A stretch of 64,000 nt of DNA, from NCBI RefSeq assembly GCF_004765795.1, contig NZ_SBIV01000005.1, positions 124,001-188,000 of the forward strand, read 5' to 3'. How positions within the stretch are numbered: the stretch's first letter is position 1; each line of letters begins with the position of its first letter. Below, in pieces: positions 46,875 through 57,092 of this stretch. Made by a program: the position numbers and the translations under genes. The notes beneath the pieces are model-generated. The model was not told the origin of the DNA. It saw only the letters and a list, made by a program, of their open reading frames with translations, and did not search any database. The DNA comes from Halorussus marinus (GTDB lineage: Archaea > Halobacteriota > Halobacteria > Halobacteriales > Haladaptataceae).

Positions 46875-48611
46875 ATGTCACGTCGCCCTCCGGATCGACT
46901 GCTCCGCGTCGACCTCTCGGCCGGAAGCGTCGTCTCCGAGCCGATCCCCGACCGGTGGCGCCGCCGGTATCTCGGCGGAAAGGGGCTGGGCGCGCGGTAT
47001 CTCTACGAGGAACTCGACCCGGGGGTCGATCCCCTCGGGCCCGACAACGCCTTGCTTTTCGTGCTCGGGCCGCTCACCGGCCTCCTCCCCGGAGAGCAAC
47101 GCTACGCCGCGATCACCAAGTCCCCACTCACCGGAACGTTTCTCGATTCGTACGCCGGCGGGGCGTTTCCGGGGGCGCTGGCGGGCGCGCTCGGCGACCA
47201 CCTCGGCGTGCTCGTCGTCGGTCGGGCCCCGGAGCCGGTCCGGCTCGTCGTCGAGGACGGCGACGCCCGCATCGAGCCGGCCGAGACGTGGGGCGAGGAC
47301 GCGGTCGAGACCGCCCGGGCGTTCCCCGACGCCGCCGTCGCGTGCGTCGGTCCCGCGGGCGAGCACCGCGTCTCGTACGCGACCGTCGCCTCCGACGAGG
47401 CAGACCACCACGCCGGTCGCGGCGGCGCGGGCGCAGTGATGGGCTCAAAGCGCCTGAAGGCGGTCCTCGCACGGGGAGACCCGCCGTCTCCCGACGGAGC
47501 CCTCGCGGCGCTCCGCGAGCGCGACGAGCGCCGCCACGCCGCGGGCGACACCGGCCGGTGGCTCGCGGCCTCCGGGACGCTCGAAACGGTCGAATTCGCC
47601 GACGAGACGGGGGTGCTGGCCGCACGCGGGTGGCGCGAGCGGGGCTTCGAGGGCGCCGAGGAGGTCGGCGTCGAGGCGGCCCGCGAGGCCGCCGCCGGCC
47701 GCGAGAACGACGGGCCGCTCCCCGGCGGGTTCCGTGTCGAGACCGACGAGGGCGAGACTGTCCCCCGAGGCGCGACCGGCATGAACCTCGGCGCGGGGCT
47801 GGGGATCGAGGACTTCGACGCGGTCGCCGCGCTCGGCGAGCGGTGCAACCGGCTCGGACTCGATCTCATCGGGGCGGGCAACGCCGTCTCGCTGGCGATC
47901 CGGGCGGCCGACGACGCCACGCTCGACCGCGAGCTATCCTTCGGCGACCCCGACGGCGCCCGACGGCTTCTCGACGAGATCGCGACCCGGGAGACCGCCC
48001 TCGGCGACGCGCTGGCCGACGGCGTCGAGGCCGGCGCCGACCGGCTCGACGCCGACCGACTTGTCCCGGCGGTCAAGGCGCTGTCGCTCCCCGCCTACGA
48101 CCCCCGGGGCGCCCCGAGCATGGCGCTGGCCTACGCGACCAGCGACCGGGGCGGGTGTCACCGCCGGGCCCGGCCGGTCGAACGCGAGGTCTTCGACGGG
48201 GAGTGGCGCCCCGAGCGCGCCGCCGCGGCGGTCGCGGCGGCCCAGAACGCCCGGTCGGTCCGGTGGAGCCTCGTCGCCGACGACTTCGCCGGCGAGTCGG
48301 TCGCGGTCGGAGCGTGGCTCGACGCCGCGGGCGTCGACCACGACGACCTCGACACCGCCGGCGAGCGCGTCTGGAACCTCGTCCGACTGTTCAACGTCCG
48401 GGAGGGGCTCGATCGGGACGACGACGCGCTCCCGCCGGCGCTCGCCGGCCCGGACGGGGTGTCGTCCGATCGGTTCGAGGCGATGCTCGACGCCTACTAC
48501 GCCCGCCGCGGGTGGAGCCCGGCGGGACGGCCGACCCCCGAGACGCTCGATCGGCTCGGGCTCGGGTCGGTCCGAGACGCGGCGACGCCCGCCGGCGACC
48601 CCCGACGCTGA
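46875..48611 (+). CDS. aldehyde:ferredoxin oxidoreductase family protein (degenerate)
   Basis: YLGGKGLG, TKSPLTG, GRGGAGAVMGSKRLKAV, YDPRG, YATSDRGGCH, YYARRGW. Confidence 0.85.
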   Translation: MSRRPPDRLLRVDLSAGSVVSEPIPDRWRRRYLGGKGLGARYLYEELDPGVDPLGPDNALLFVLGPLTGLLPGEQRYAAITKSPLTGTFLDSYAGGAFPGALAGALGDHLGVLVVGRAPEPVRLVVEDGDARIEPAETWGEDAVETARAFPDAAVACVGPAGEHRVSYATVASDEADHHAGRGGAGAVMGSKRLKAVLARGDPPSPDGALAALRERDERRHAAGDTGRWLAASGTLETVEFADETGVLAARGWRERGFEGAEEVGVEAAREAAAGRENDGPLPGGFRVETDEGETVPRGATGMNLGAGLGIEDFDAVAALGERCNRLGLDLIGAGNAVSLAIRAADDATLDRELSFGDPDGARRLLDEIATRETALGDALADGVEAGADRLDADRLVPAVKALSLPAYDPRGAPSMALAYATSDRGGCHRRARPVEREVFDGEWRPERAAAAVAAAQNARSVRWSLVADDFAGESVAVGAWLDAAGVDHDDLDTAGERVWNLVRLFNVREGLDRDDDALPPALAGPDGVSSDRFEAMLDAYYARRGWSPAGRPTPETLDRLGLGSVRDAATPAGDPRR

Positions 48612-48629
48612 CCGGGCGGCTGGCGGGGG

Positions 48630-49391
48630 TCACTCGACGACGTCGACCACTGGGTCCGGGGCGTTCATCCGGGCGAGCACCACCCGCGAGACGGCGTCGG
48701 TCCGGTCGAGGACGCCCGCCGCGATCTCCTCGCCGACCGCCCGGAGCGACTCGTCGTCGACCATGTTGACCAGCGGGACCGGGGTCGCGCCGTCGGGGAC
48801 GCCGCTCAGTCCGCCCCGCCGACTCGCGAGGACGCTCGCGACGTCGTCGGCGCGGATGCGGTCGCCGGGTCGCAGGCCCGTGAGCTCCGCGACGCGCTCG
48901 GGCCGGTGGACGTGGTCGTCGGCCAGCGGTTTCCCGACGGCTCTCGCGCTCGCGATCGGGACCACGGTGTCCGCGCAGGTCGGAATCTGGGGCTCGCGGT
49001 CGCCGGGAGCCTTGAACAGTCTGGTCCGGGCCCCGTCGGCCTTGACGAGGACCGGATCGACGCCGTCAACGTCGGCGACCTCGCCGACGACGCTCGGGTC
49101 GTAGCCCCGGTAGCGGTCCGAGCCCTCGCGCTCGGGCACCACGCCGAGCGGGCCGGTGTCGCCGGCACTCGCGGCCGCCTCGACGGCCGCGGCCGGGTCC
49201 TCGGTCACCTCGACGCGGTCGACCTGCGGATCGAAGATCGGGATCCGGACCGTCGCGATCACCACCGGCAGGGTCCCGTCGCGCCGGTCCGCGGCGCGGT
49301 CGGCGAGCGCGTAGAGTGTGGTTTTCTTCCCGCCGGCCCCGACCGCACAGGCGACGCCCGAGTCGGCCCGCAGCGCGGTGAGAACGTCCAT
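48630..49391 (-). CDS. yqeC: YqeC family protein (molybdoenzyme/selenium-cofactor-associated)
   Basis: VGAGGKKT, VKADGARTRLFKAP..REP, HRPE. Confidence 0.8.
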   Translation of the reverse strand: MDVLTALRADSGVACAVGAGGKKTTLYALADRAADRRDGTLPVVIATVRIPIFDPQVDRVEVTEDPAAAVEAAASAGDTGPLGVVPEREGSDRYRGYDPSVVGEVADVDGVDPVLVKADGARTRLFKAPGDREPQIPTCADTVVPIASARAVGKPLADDHVHRPERVAELTGLRPGDRIRADDVASVLASRRGGLSGVPDGATPVPLVNMVDDESLRAVGEEIAAGVLDRTDAVSRVVLARMNAPDPVVDVVE

Positions 49392-49431
49392 GCCGGGTGA
49401 TGTCGCCCCGCGAGGCTAATCGTTTCGGTTC

Positions 49432-51144
49432 CTAAAACAGCCCCGAGACGTTGCCGTCGCCGTCGACGTCCATGTCGGCGGCCGACGGGCGCTCGGGCAG
49501 GCCCGGCAGGGTCAGCACGTCGCCGGTCAGCGCGACGAGGAACCCCGCGCCCGCCGACGGGTAGATCTCCCGCACATCGAGCGTCCAGTCTTCGGGGACG
49601 CCCTTCTCGCTCGGATCGTCGCTGAGCGAGTGGAACGTCTTCGAGACGACCACCGGCGTCTCGTCCATCCCGAGCGCCGCCATGCGCTCGATGTCGTCGC
49701 GGGCGCTCGCGCTGAACTCGACGCCGTCGGCGCCGTAGATCTCGGTGGCGATGGCCTCGATCTTCTCGTCGATGGGGTCGGACAGCTCGTAGAGGTGCTG
49801 GACGTCGGGGTCGTCGTCGGCGGCGTCGACGACCTGCTCGGCGAGGTCGACGCCGCCCGCGCCCCCGTCGGCGAACACGGTCGAGGCGGCCGCCCTGATC
49901 CCGCGGTCCTCGCAGTGGTCGAGGACCGCCTGCACCTCTGCGTCGGTGTCCTGCGGGAAGCGGTTGAGCGCGACGACGACGGGGACGCCGAACTTCCGGA
50001 GGTTCTCGACGTGTTTGTCGAGGTTCGCGAGCCCGGCCTCGACGGCCGCGACGTCGGGGGCTTCGAGCGCCTCCATCTCGACCGGCCACATCTCCTTGCC
50101 GTGGTGTTTGAGCGCCCTGACGGAGGCGACGAGGACGGCCGCCGCGGGCTCGACGTCGCCGAACCGACACACCACGTCGAGGAACTTCTCGGCGCCGAGG
50201 TCCGACCCGAACCCGGCCTCGGTGACCACCCAGTCGGCCATGCCGAACGCCGCCTCGTCGGCGATCAGCGAGTTCGTCCCGTGAGCGATGTTGGCGAACG
50301 GCCCGCCGTGGACGAGCGCGGGCGTGCCCTCGGTGGTCTGGACCACGTTGGGCTTGAGCGCGTCCCGGAGCAGGGCGCTCGCCGCGCCCGCGGCCTCGAT
50401 GTCCGCCGCGGTGACGGGGTCGCCGGCGTCGTCGTAGCCGACGATGATCCGGCCGATCCGCTCGCGGAGGTCGGCGAGGTCCTCGGCGAGCGACAGGACC
50501 GCCATCAGCTCCGAGGCCGCGGTCAGTCTGAAGCCGTCCTCGCGGGGGACGCCGCCGGCGCCCCCGAGCCCGACCACCGTCTCCCGGAGCGCGCGGTCGT
50601 TCATGTCGATGGCACGGGGCCACTCGACGCGGTTGACGTCGATCTCGGGGTCGGCGCCCGTCTTGATGTGGTTGTCGACCATCGCGGCGATCAGGTTGTG
50701 GGCGGCGGTCAGCGCGTGGATGTCGCCGGTGAAGTGGAGGTTGATGTCCTCCATCGGAAGCACCTGCGAGTAGCCCCCGCCCGCGGCGCCGCCCTTGACG
50801 CCGAACACCGGCCCGAGCGACGGCTCGCGGATCGCGACGATCGCGTCCCGCCCGGTCCGGTTGAACGCCTGCCCGAGCCCGACGGAGGTCACGGTCTTGC
50901 CCTCGCCCATCGGGGTCGGCGTCATCCCGGTCACCAGTACGAGCTTCGAATCCCGGTCCCCGCGGTCGGTGAGTCGCTCGACGGCGTCGGTCCCGATCTT
51001 GGCCTTGTGGTCGCCGTAGCGTTCGAGGTCCTCGGGGGCGAGGCCGAACGGCTCGACCACTTCCTCGATGGGGTCGAGTTCGATCGAGCGAGCGATCTCG
51101 TCGTCGGACGGAATCTCGGGCTCGCCGGTGTCAGACGATGTCAT
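49432..51144 (-). CDS. fhs: formate--tetrahydrofolate ligase
   Basis: PTPMGEGKT, KGGAAGGGYSQV, HGGPFANIAHG, TEAGFGSDLGAEKF. Confidence 0.96.
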   Translation of the reverse strand: MTSSDTGEPEIPSDDEIARSIELDPIEEVVEPFGLAPEDLERYGDHKAKIGTDAVERLTDRGDRDSKLVLVTGMTPTPMGEGKTVTSVGLGQAFNRTGRDAIVAIREPSLGPVFGVKGGAAGGGYSQVLPMEDINLHFTGDIHALTAAHNLIAAMVDNHIKTGADPEIDVNRVEWPRAIDMNDRALRETVVGLGGAGGVPREDGFRLTAASELMAVLSLAEDLADLRERIGRIIVGYDDAGDPVTAADIEAAGAASALLRDALKPNVVQTTEGTPALVHGGPFANIAHGTNSLIADEAAFGMADWVVTEAGFGSDLGAEKFLDVVCRFGDVEPAAAVLVASVRALKHHGKEMWPVEMEALEAPDVAAVEAGLANLDKHVENLRKFGVPVVVALNRFPQDTDAEVQAVLDHCEDRGIRAAASTVFADGGAGGVDLAEQVVDAADDDPDVQHLYELSDPIDEKIEAIATEIYGADGVEFSASARDDIERMAALGMDETPVVVSKTFHSLSDDPSEKGVPEDWTLDVREIYPSAGAGFLVALTGDVLTLPGLPERPSAADMDVDGDGNVSGLF

Positions 51145-51237
51145 AACGGCTCGGGCTTCGGCGCGACGGCTAATGAAGGATGCGCCGATTGCGGCGGGCT
51201 GAGAAGGCCCGCGGGGTCGGTCCGCACCGACGCGGCG

Positions 51238-53346
51238 TCAGTCGTCGGCGGCGCCGCGATCGGCGGGCTCGATCCCGACGTCTATCTCGGCGGCCGCGGC
51301 CTTGTACTCGGGAATCTTCGCGCGCTCGTCGAGCACGTCGTTCGTGAGCCGGTTCGCGGACGCCGCCGCGAAGTGGGGCGTGGTCCAGACGACGCCTTCC
51401 TTGATGTCGTCGGTGACCTCCGCCCGGACCTCGATCTCGCCGCGCCGCGACCGGAGCCGCACCGTCTCTCCGTCCTCGATCCCGTAGCGCTCGGCGTCGG
51501 CGGGGTGGACGTCGACGAAGTTCTCGGGGTGCTGGCGGTTCAGCGTCGGCGACCGCCGGCTCATCGTCCCCGTGTTGTAGTGTTCTTCGAGCCGGGCGGT
51601 CGTCAGCACCAGCGGGTACTCCTCGTCGGGCACCTCCTTCGGGGGCTGGTGGGTCACGCCCTCGATCTTCCCGAGGCCGTTTTCGGTGTCGAACGACTCC
51701 TCGTAGAGGAACGGATCGCCTTCGTCGCCGGGCTCGTAGCAGGGCCAGTGGACGCCCTCCTCGCCGAGCACGTCGTAGCTCATCCCGTGGTAGCTCGGAC
51801 AGACCTGTCGCAGTTCCTCGAAGACCGCCTCGGGGTCCTCGAAGTCGAACCCCTCGCCGAACAGCCGGGTGCCGACCTCCGAGAGGATGTCGAGGTCGTG
51901 TTTGGTGTTGTCGTGGACCTTCTGGACCGGCCGCATCCGCTGGACGCGCCGGTCGGTGTTGGTGACGGTGCCGCCCCGTTCGGCCCAACTGGTCGCGGGA
52001 AGGACCACGTCGGCGTACTTGGCGGTCTCGGTCATGAAGATGTCCTGAGCGACCATGAACTCGAGCTCTTCGAGGCGCTCCTCGACGCGGTTGCCGTCGG
52101 GCTCGGACATCACCGGGTTCTCGCCCATGACGTAGAGGCCGTGGACCGAGTCGCCGGCGGCGTGAGAGATCTCGACGTTCGTCAGCCCCGGCTCGTCGGG
52201 GATCTCGAAGCCCCAGACCTCCTCGACGCTCTCGCGGGCCTCGTCGTCGTCGACGAGCTGGTAGCCCGGCAGGACGTTCGGCATCGCGCCCACGTCGCAG
52301 GTCCCCTGAACGTTGTTCTGGCCCCGGAGCGGGTTCACGCCGGTCCCGGGTCGGCCGAGGTTGCCGGTCGCGAGCGCGAGGTTGATCTCGTTCTGGACGT
52401 TGTCGACCCCGCAGGCGTGCTGGCTCATCCCCATCCCGGTGAAGATGGCGGCGTTGTTCGCCTTCGCGTACTTCCGGGCGGCGAGCTCGATGTCTTCGAG
52501 CGGGACGCCACACTCCTCGGCGGCCGCTTCCTTGTCGAAGTCTTCGAGCGTCGCTTCGAGGTGTTCGAAGCCTTCAGTGCGCTCGGCGACGAACTCCTCG
52601 TCGACCCAGCCGTTCTCGAGCACCGTCTTGAGGACGACGTTCAACAGCGGGATGTCGGTCCCGGGGTTCAGCTGGAGGTGCATGTGGCGGTCGGTGTCCT
52701 CGATCTCGAACGACCGCGTGGTCTTGTTGGCGTGGGGGTCGACCTGGATCACGGTCGCGCCCTCGAGGACGGCCTGCCGGAAGTACTGGCTGTTGGCGAT
52801 GGGGTGTTGCTCGCCGGGGTTCGCGCCCTGAATCCAGAACACGTCGGCCGCTTGCTCCAGGTCGGCCATGCTGTTGGTCATCGCGCCCGCGCCGAGCGAG
52901 GTCCGGAGCGCCCAGACGGTCGAGGCGTGACACATCCGCGTGCAGTTGTCGACGTTGTTGGTGCCGTACCGGCGCGCGAGCTTCTGGAGGAGGTAGTTCT
53001 CCTCGTTCATCGTCTTCGACGAGCCGAAAAACCCCATCGCGTCGGGGCCGTGCTCCTCGCGGATCCGCTCCATCTCCTCGACGATCAGCTCGTAGGCCTC
53101 CTCCCACGTCGCCTCCCGGAACTCGCCGTCTTCTTTGAGCAGGGGCTCGGTCAGCCGGTCCTCGTGGTCGACGACCTCGGTCGCCGCACCGCCCTTGATG
53201 CAGACGCGGCCCTCGTTGACCGGCGCGTCGGCCCACGGTCGGAACTGCATGTCGCCCGGTTCCTCGCCCGGCGCGACCTGAATGCCGCAACCGACGCCGC
53301 AGTACGGGCAGATAGTCTTGACGGGGTCTTTGCTTTCACCTGACAT
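51238..53346 (-). CDS. fdhF: formate dehydrogenase alpha subunit (Mo/W-bisPGD, Cys form)
   Basis: CPYCGVGC...C Fe-S motif, RMCHAS, PLRGQNNVQG, TNTDRRVQ, KIPEYK. Confidence 0.94.
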   Translation of the reverse strand: MSGESKDPVKTICPYCGVGCGIQVAPGEEPGDMQFRPWADAPVNEGRVCIKGGAATEVVDHEDRLTEPLLKEDGEFREATWEEAYELIVEEMERIREEHGPDAMGFFGSSKTMNEENYLLQKLARRYGTNNVDNCTRMCHASTVWALRTSLGAGAMTNSMADLEQAADVFWIQGANPGEQHPIANSQYFRQAVLEGATVIQVDPHANKTTRSFEIEDTDRHMHLQLNPGTDIPLLNVVLKTVLENGWVDEEFVAERTEGFEHLEATLEDFDKEAAAEECGVPLEDIELAARKYAKANNAAIFTGMGMSQHACGVDNVQNEINLALATGNLGRPGTGVNPLRGQNNVQGTCDVGAMPNVLPGYQLVDDDEARESVEEVWGFEIPDEPGLTNVEISHAAGDSVHGLYVMGENPVMSEPDGNRVEERLEELEFMVAQDIFMTETAKYADVVLPATSWAERGGTVTNTDRRVQRMRPVQKVHDNTKHDLDILSEVGTRLFGEGFDFEDPEAVFEELRQVCPSYHGMSYDVLGEEGVHWPCYEPGDEGDPFLYEESFDTENGLGKIEGVTHQPPKEVPDEEYPLVLTTARLEEHYNTGTMSRRSPTLNRQHPENFVDVHPADAERYGIEDGETVRLRSRRGEIEVRAEVTDDIKEGVVWTTPHFAAASANRLTNDVLDERAKIPEYKAAAAEIDVGIEPADRGAADD

Positions 53347-53505
53347 AATTGGATCGCTCGCTCGGTCGCGAGCCTATAGTTGGAGGATGCTCCCGCCACG
53401 ATAATGTATCTTCCCCCGACAGCGGGGCCTCGCCCCGGCGCCCTCGGCCGAACGCCCGTTCCCGGGGGGAAACTTTCACCTCGGCGGCCGGTCTACTCGC
53501 CGGTC

Positions 53506-54066
53506 ATGGAGCTGACCCCCTCGCTCGTCGAGTCGACGGCCGCCGAGTACCGTGACGCCGAGCCGCTGTACGCGGTCGAGCGCGAGCACGTCGAGATGCT
53601 CCCCGGGACGTTCCGTGGCGACGAGTACGGCTGGCGCGACGTCGAGTGGGTGGTCCAGTGGTACTTCCGGCGCCACCTCGGGGGCTACCCCGACGCCGAG
53701 CGCCGGGCGACCGAGTCGGCGTTTCGGGACAACGACTTCGGGGCGATCGCCGACGCGCTCGACGCAGTCACCGGAGCCGAGTCGGTCGCCGACCGACTCG
53801 ATCACCTCACGGCGCTGGCGGGCGTCGACGCGCCGGTCGCCTCTGCGTTCCTGTTCTTTCTGTTCCCCGATACCTGCGTCTCGATCGGCCGCCGGGAGTG
53901 GGCCGCGCTCCGGGCGGCCGGCGAGGTCGACCGACCCTATCCGGAGGCGGTTTCGGCCGAGGAGTATCTCGCGTACCACCGGACCACCGCCGATCTGGCC
54001 GACCGCTTGGGCGTCGACGCGTGGACGCTCTACCGCGCGCTCTGGCGGCTCGGCGAGACGGCCTGA
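53506..54066 (+). CDS. hypothetical protein with helix-hairpin-helix-like motif
   Basis: Acidic ORF with host-like codon usage; LTALAGVDAPVASAFL. Confidence 0.7.
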   Translation: MELTPSLVESTAAEYRDAEPLYAVEREHVEMLPGTFRGDEYGWRDVEWVVQWYFRRHLGGYPDAERRATESAFRDNDFGAIADALDAVTGAESVADRLDHLTALAGVDAPVASAFLFFLFPDTCVSIGRREWAALRAAGEVDRPYPEAVSAEEYLAYHRTTADLADRLGVDAWTLYRALWRLGETA

Positions 54067-54619
54067 GATCGACGACGGTCTCGCCCCGCCCGGCCCGCGT
54101 CGACCGTATCTTTCGTATTAGTGGGATGAAGGCACAATACATTGCCGGCCGTCCGTCTCGCAGGCACCGGGGAGGCGCCGGTCGCGCCACGGCGCGGCGC
54201 GACGATCCCGCTCGGTCGGGATCGGGCGAGTCGCCGACCGGCACTCGGTTCGGAGTCCGACCCGGCGGTCTGTCCCGTCGAGCGAACGATTCGCTCGGGC
54301 GAGTCCCTCCCAGATAGGTTTGTAATATTCGGGCAATACCGGTGGGGTCGGCTCCGTCGGCGCTACGCCGCCCGATCGAGGGCCTCGCGGTCTCGGAACG
54401 CCGCTCGATTTCGCGCGTTTGGCGTCGAGAACCCGCTCGGTCGCCGAGGTCTGGCGATCGCCGACACGGCCTCCGTGACGCCGGTCGACGCGCCACTCCG
54501 GCCGGATCTGACGACCCCGTTCGGCCCGTTCGTTCGCGTTCGGCCCGTTCGGCGCGCCGTCCGACCGACCGTCGGCTCGGTCCGGGTCCGCGCTCGCCGC
54601 CGCCCGGACTGGCGCGCGA

Positions 54620-54647
54620 TTGTGCGTTTTCTACACAAGTCTTTTAA
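54620..54647 (+). promoter_or_regulatory. TTGTG-N9-CACAA operator next to a TATA-like box
   Basis: Inverted repeat at 54620-54638 followed by CTTTTAA about 30 bp before the ATG at 54678. Confidence 0.55.
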
Positions 54648-54677
54648 CCGCGTGGTGTCTACGTTCTGGTGAGACAA

Positions 54678-55082
54678 ATGCCAGACTCGATGTCCGAACA
54701 ACTCCAGCAAGACATGGAGTGTGAGGGGCTGTTAGAGTGCTTCCACGGCCTCAAACAGCTCGACAAGGAGTGTTTCCAGTCGCTCGTCGACGCCGACGAG
54801 CCCCTGACCGTCGACGAGATCGCCGAGGCCGTCGACCGCGAGCGCTCGACCGCCTACCGGGCGGTCCAGCGCCTGCTCCAGACCGGATTCATCCAGAAAG
54901 AACAGGTCAACTACGATCAGGGCGGCTACTACCACGTCTACTCGCCGACCGACCCGACCAAGATCGCAAACGACATGCAGCGGATGCTCAACGACTGGTA
55001 CGCCAAGATGGGCCAGCTCATCCAGGAGTTCGAGACCAAGTACGACCGGACCGACGCGACGGCGCCGTCGGCCGAGAGCTGA
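54678..55082 (+). CDS. winged-helix (TrmB-like) transcriptional regulator with two N-terminal Cys
   Basis: CEGLLECFHGL, LTVDEIAEAVDRERSTAYRAVQRL, GGYYHVY. Confidence 0.85.
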   Translation: MPDSMSEQLQQDMECEGLLECFHGLKQLDKECFQSLVDADEPLTVDEIAEAVDRERSTAYRAVQRLLQTGFIQKEQVNYDQGGYYHVYSPTDPTKIANDMQRMLNDWYAKMGQLIQEFETKYDRTDATAPSAES

Positions 55083-55118
55083 TCTCGGTCGCGGTCGACT
55101 CGCGTTCTCTCTGCGTTC

Positions 55119-56117
55119 TCAGCGCGCGATAGCGTCGAGTTCCTCGGGCGGACCGCCCGGGAGCGCATCGCGGTCGTGGGCCGCCTCGAAGTCGAGGTCC
55201 GGGCCCTTCGGCACGATCCGCTTCGGGTTCAGGTCGGCGTGGCTCCGGTAGTAGTGCTCGGTGATGTGATCCATGTTCACCGTCTCTGCCACGCCGGGCG
55301 TCTGGTAGAGGTCCCGGAGGTACGGTCCGAGGTTCTCGTAGTCGGCGATCCGGCGCACGTTACACTTGAAGTGCGTGTGATAGACCGCGTCGAACCGGAC
55401 CAGCGTGGTGAACATCGCCACGTCGGCCTCGGTGACCACCGGTCCACAGAGGTATCGGCGGTCTTCGAGCAGGTCGTCGTAGCGATCGAGCGCGTCGAAC
55501 AGTTCCGTGACCGCCTCGTCGTAGGCCGCCTGTCCGCCCGCGAACCCCGCGCGATACACCCCGTTGTTGATGGGCTCGTAGATGTCCTCGATGGTCGCGT
55601 CGATCTCCTCGCGGTAGCCCTCGGGGTAGAGGGTCGCGCCGTTCCCGATCCCGTGGAACGCGGTGTCGAGCATCCGCATGATCTCCTCGGACTCGTTGTT
55701 GACGATCGTCTCGCGCTCGCGGTCCCACAGCACCGGCACCGTCACCCGGCCCGTGAACTCGGGGTCGGCCGCGGTGTACACCTCCCGGAGGTAGTCAGAG
55801 CCGTGAACGTGGTCCTCGGTACAGCCCTCGCGGTCGGGCGAGAACTCCCAGCCGTCGTTCTCCCGGAACGGGTCGACGACCGACACCGAGATCGCGTCCT
55901 CCAGCCCCTTCAGGCTCCGGGTGAGGAGCGTCCGGTGGGCCCACGGACACGCCAGCGAGACGTAGAGGTGGTACCGTCCGGCCTCGGCCGGGAACCGGGC
56001 GTCGGGATCGGCCTCGACCCAGTCGCGAAACGACGTCTCCTGGCGATCGAACTCGCCGTCCTCGTTCGTGCTCTCGTACGCGTCGGTCCGCCACTCGCCG
56101 TCGACGAGCATGTTCAT
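55119..56117 (-). CDS. glutathionyl-hydroquinone reductase (Xi-class GST, YqjG-like)
   Basis: RYHLYVSLACPWAHR, VTVPVLWD, NNES, NNGVY, HFKCN. Confidence 0.92.
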   Translation of the reverse strand: MNMLVDGEWRTDAYESTNEDGEFDRQETSFRDWVEADPDARFPAEAGRYHLYVSLACPWAHRTLLTRSLKGLEDAISVSVVDPFRENDGWEFSPDREGCTEDHVHGSDYLREVYTAADPEFTGRVTVPVLWDRERETIVNNESEEIMRMLDTAFHGIGNGATLYPEGYREEIDATIEDIYEPINNGVYRAGFAGGQAAYDEAVTELFDALDRYDDLLEDRRYLCGPVVTEADVAMFTTLVRFDAVYHTHFKCNVRRIADYENLGPYLRDLYQTPGVAETVNMDHITEHYYRSHADLNPKRIVPKGPDLDFEAAHDRDALPGGPPEELDAIAR

Positions 56118-56173
56118 GGCTCCGAGTAGGCGCGCGCGGCGTAAAGGCCTACGCCTCGCGGTCGACTCGACCG

Positions 56174-56887
56174 TTACTCCCGGACGAATCCGGTCGCCAG
56201 TTCGGCCTCCGCGCGCCGGAGGCGGTACGAGAGCGTCGACCGGGGCACACCGAGTTCCGCGGCTAACTCCTCGACGCTGATATCCCGGGGCGTCTCGTAG
56301 TAGCCCCGCTCGACCGCCGCCCGAAGCGTCTCGTACTGCTCGTACGGCAGGCCGGGCCGACCGCTGTACGCCGTGAGCCACGCCGACGCGTCGGTGACTC
56401 GCCGGAGGGTGAGCCCCACGTCGTCGTCGCCGCGGGCTCGCAGGTCGTCGTAGAGTCGACCGAGCGACTCGTCGCTGGGCACCAGAACTCGCCATGTGTA
56501 CTCGTCGGCCCGTCGCTCCGTCGCGAACAGCACGCCGGGCCCGAGGTGCGCGAGCGCGAGGTGCGGGATCGACACGCACCGGGCGGTCCGGCGCCACGAC
56601 CTGAACAGGATCCGGCTGGTCGGGTCCCGGTAGAGGACGTCGGTCCGGTAGTCGCGCGCGCAGTCGCCCGGCCCCAGACAGTCGGCGGCGTGGCCGTGGG
56701 CGTCGAGCGTGGCGGCCGCCTCCTCGACCGACCCCTTCGGCCCGACCAGCCGGTCCACGCGCCACCAGTGGTCGGGCGTGACCGCACACGCCAGCGAGTG
56801 GGCCGAGAGGTCCGGCTCCTCGCGAAAGGCGTCGGCGACCGGATCGACTCCCGGTTCGTAGTCGAGCCTGAGCGCGAACGCGCGCAT
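56174..56887 (-). CDS. HTH_10 (Bat-type) transcriptional regulator
   Basis: QYETLRAAVERGYYETPR...LSYRLRRAE. Confidence 0.88.
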   Translation of the reverse strand: MRAFALRLDYEPGVDPVADAFREEPDLSAHSLACAVTPDHWWRVDRLVGPKGSVEEAAATLDAHGHAADCLGPGDCARDYRTDVLYRDPTSRILFRSWRRTARCVSIPHLALAHLGPGVLFATERRADEYTWRVLVPSDESLGRLYDDLRARGDDDVGLTLRRVTDASAWLTAYSGRPGLPYEQYETLRAAVERGYYETPRDISVEELAAELGVPRSTLSYRLRRAEAELATGFVRE

Positions 56888-57092
56888 ACGATCGGGTATC
56901 GACCTCCACGGAGTTAGTGTCGGCGGCCCGAGGTGCTCGACGGACGCACGACCGACTCCGTCGATCTGTCGCCGAAACTGAACCGAGCGGCGCCTCGCTT
57001 GCGGGCGGATTCGCGCCGAACGGTCCCGACCGAGGGGGATTTCGGCGTGCGCCAACCGAGGACACAGGTGCGTTTCCGTCGACGGTCGGGGT

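Noticed and set aside
49630..53343. 1237-aa plus-strand ORF
   Set aside because: Antisense mirror of fhs and fdhF caused by biased codon usage; no motifs.
54118..54710. Several ORFs in the spacer before the regulator
   Set aside because: Arg/Pro-rich with no haloarchaeal acidic bias.
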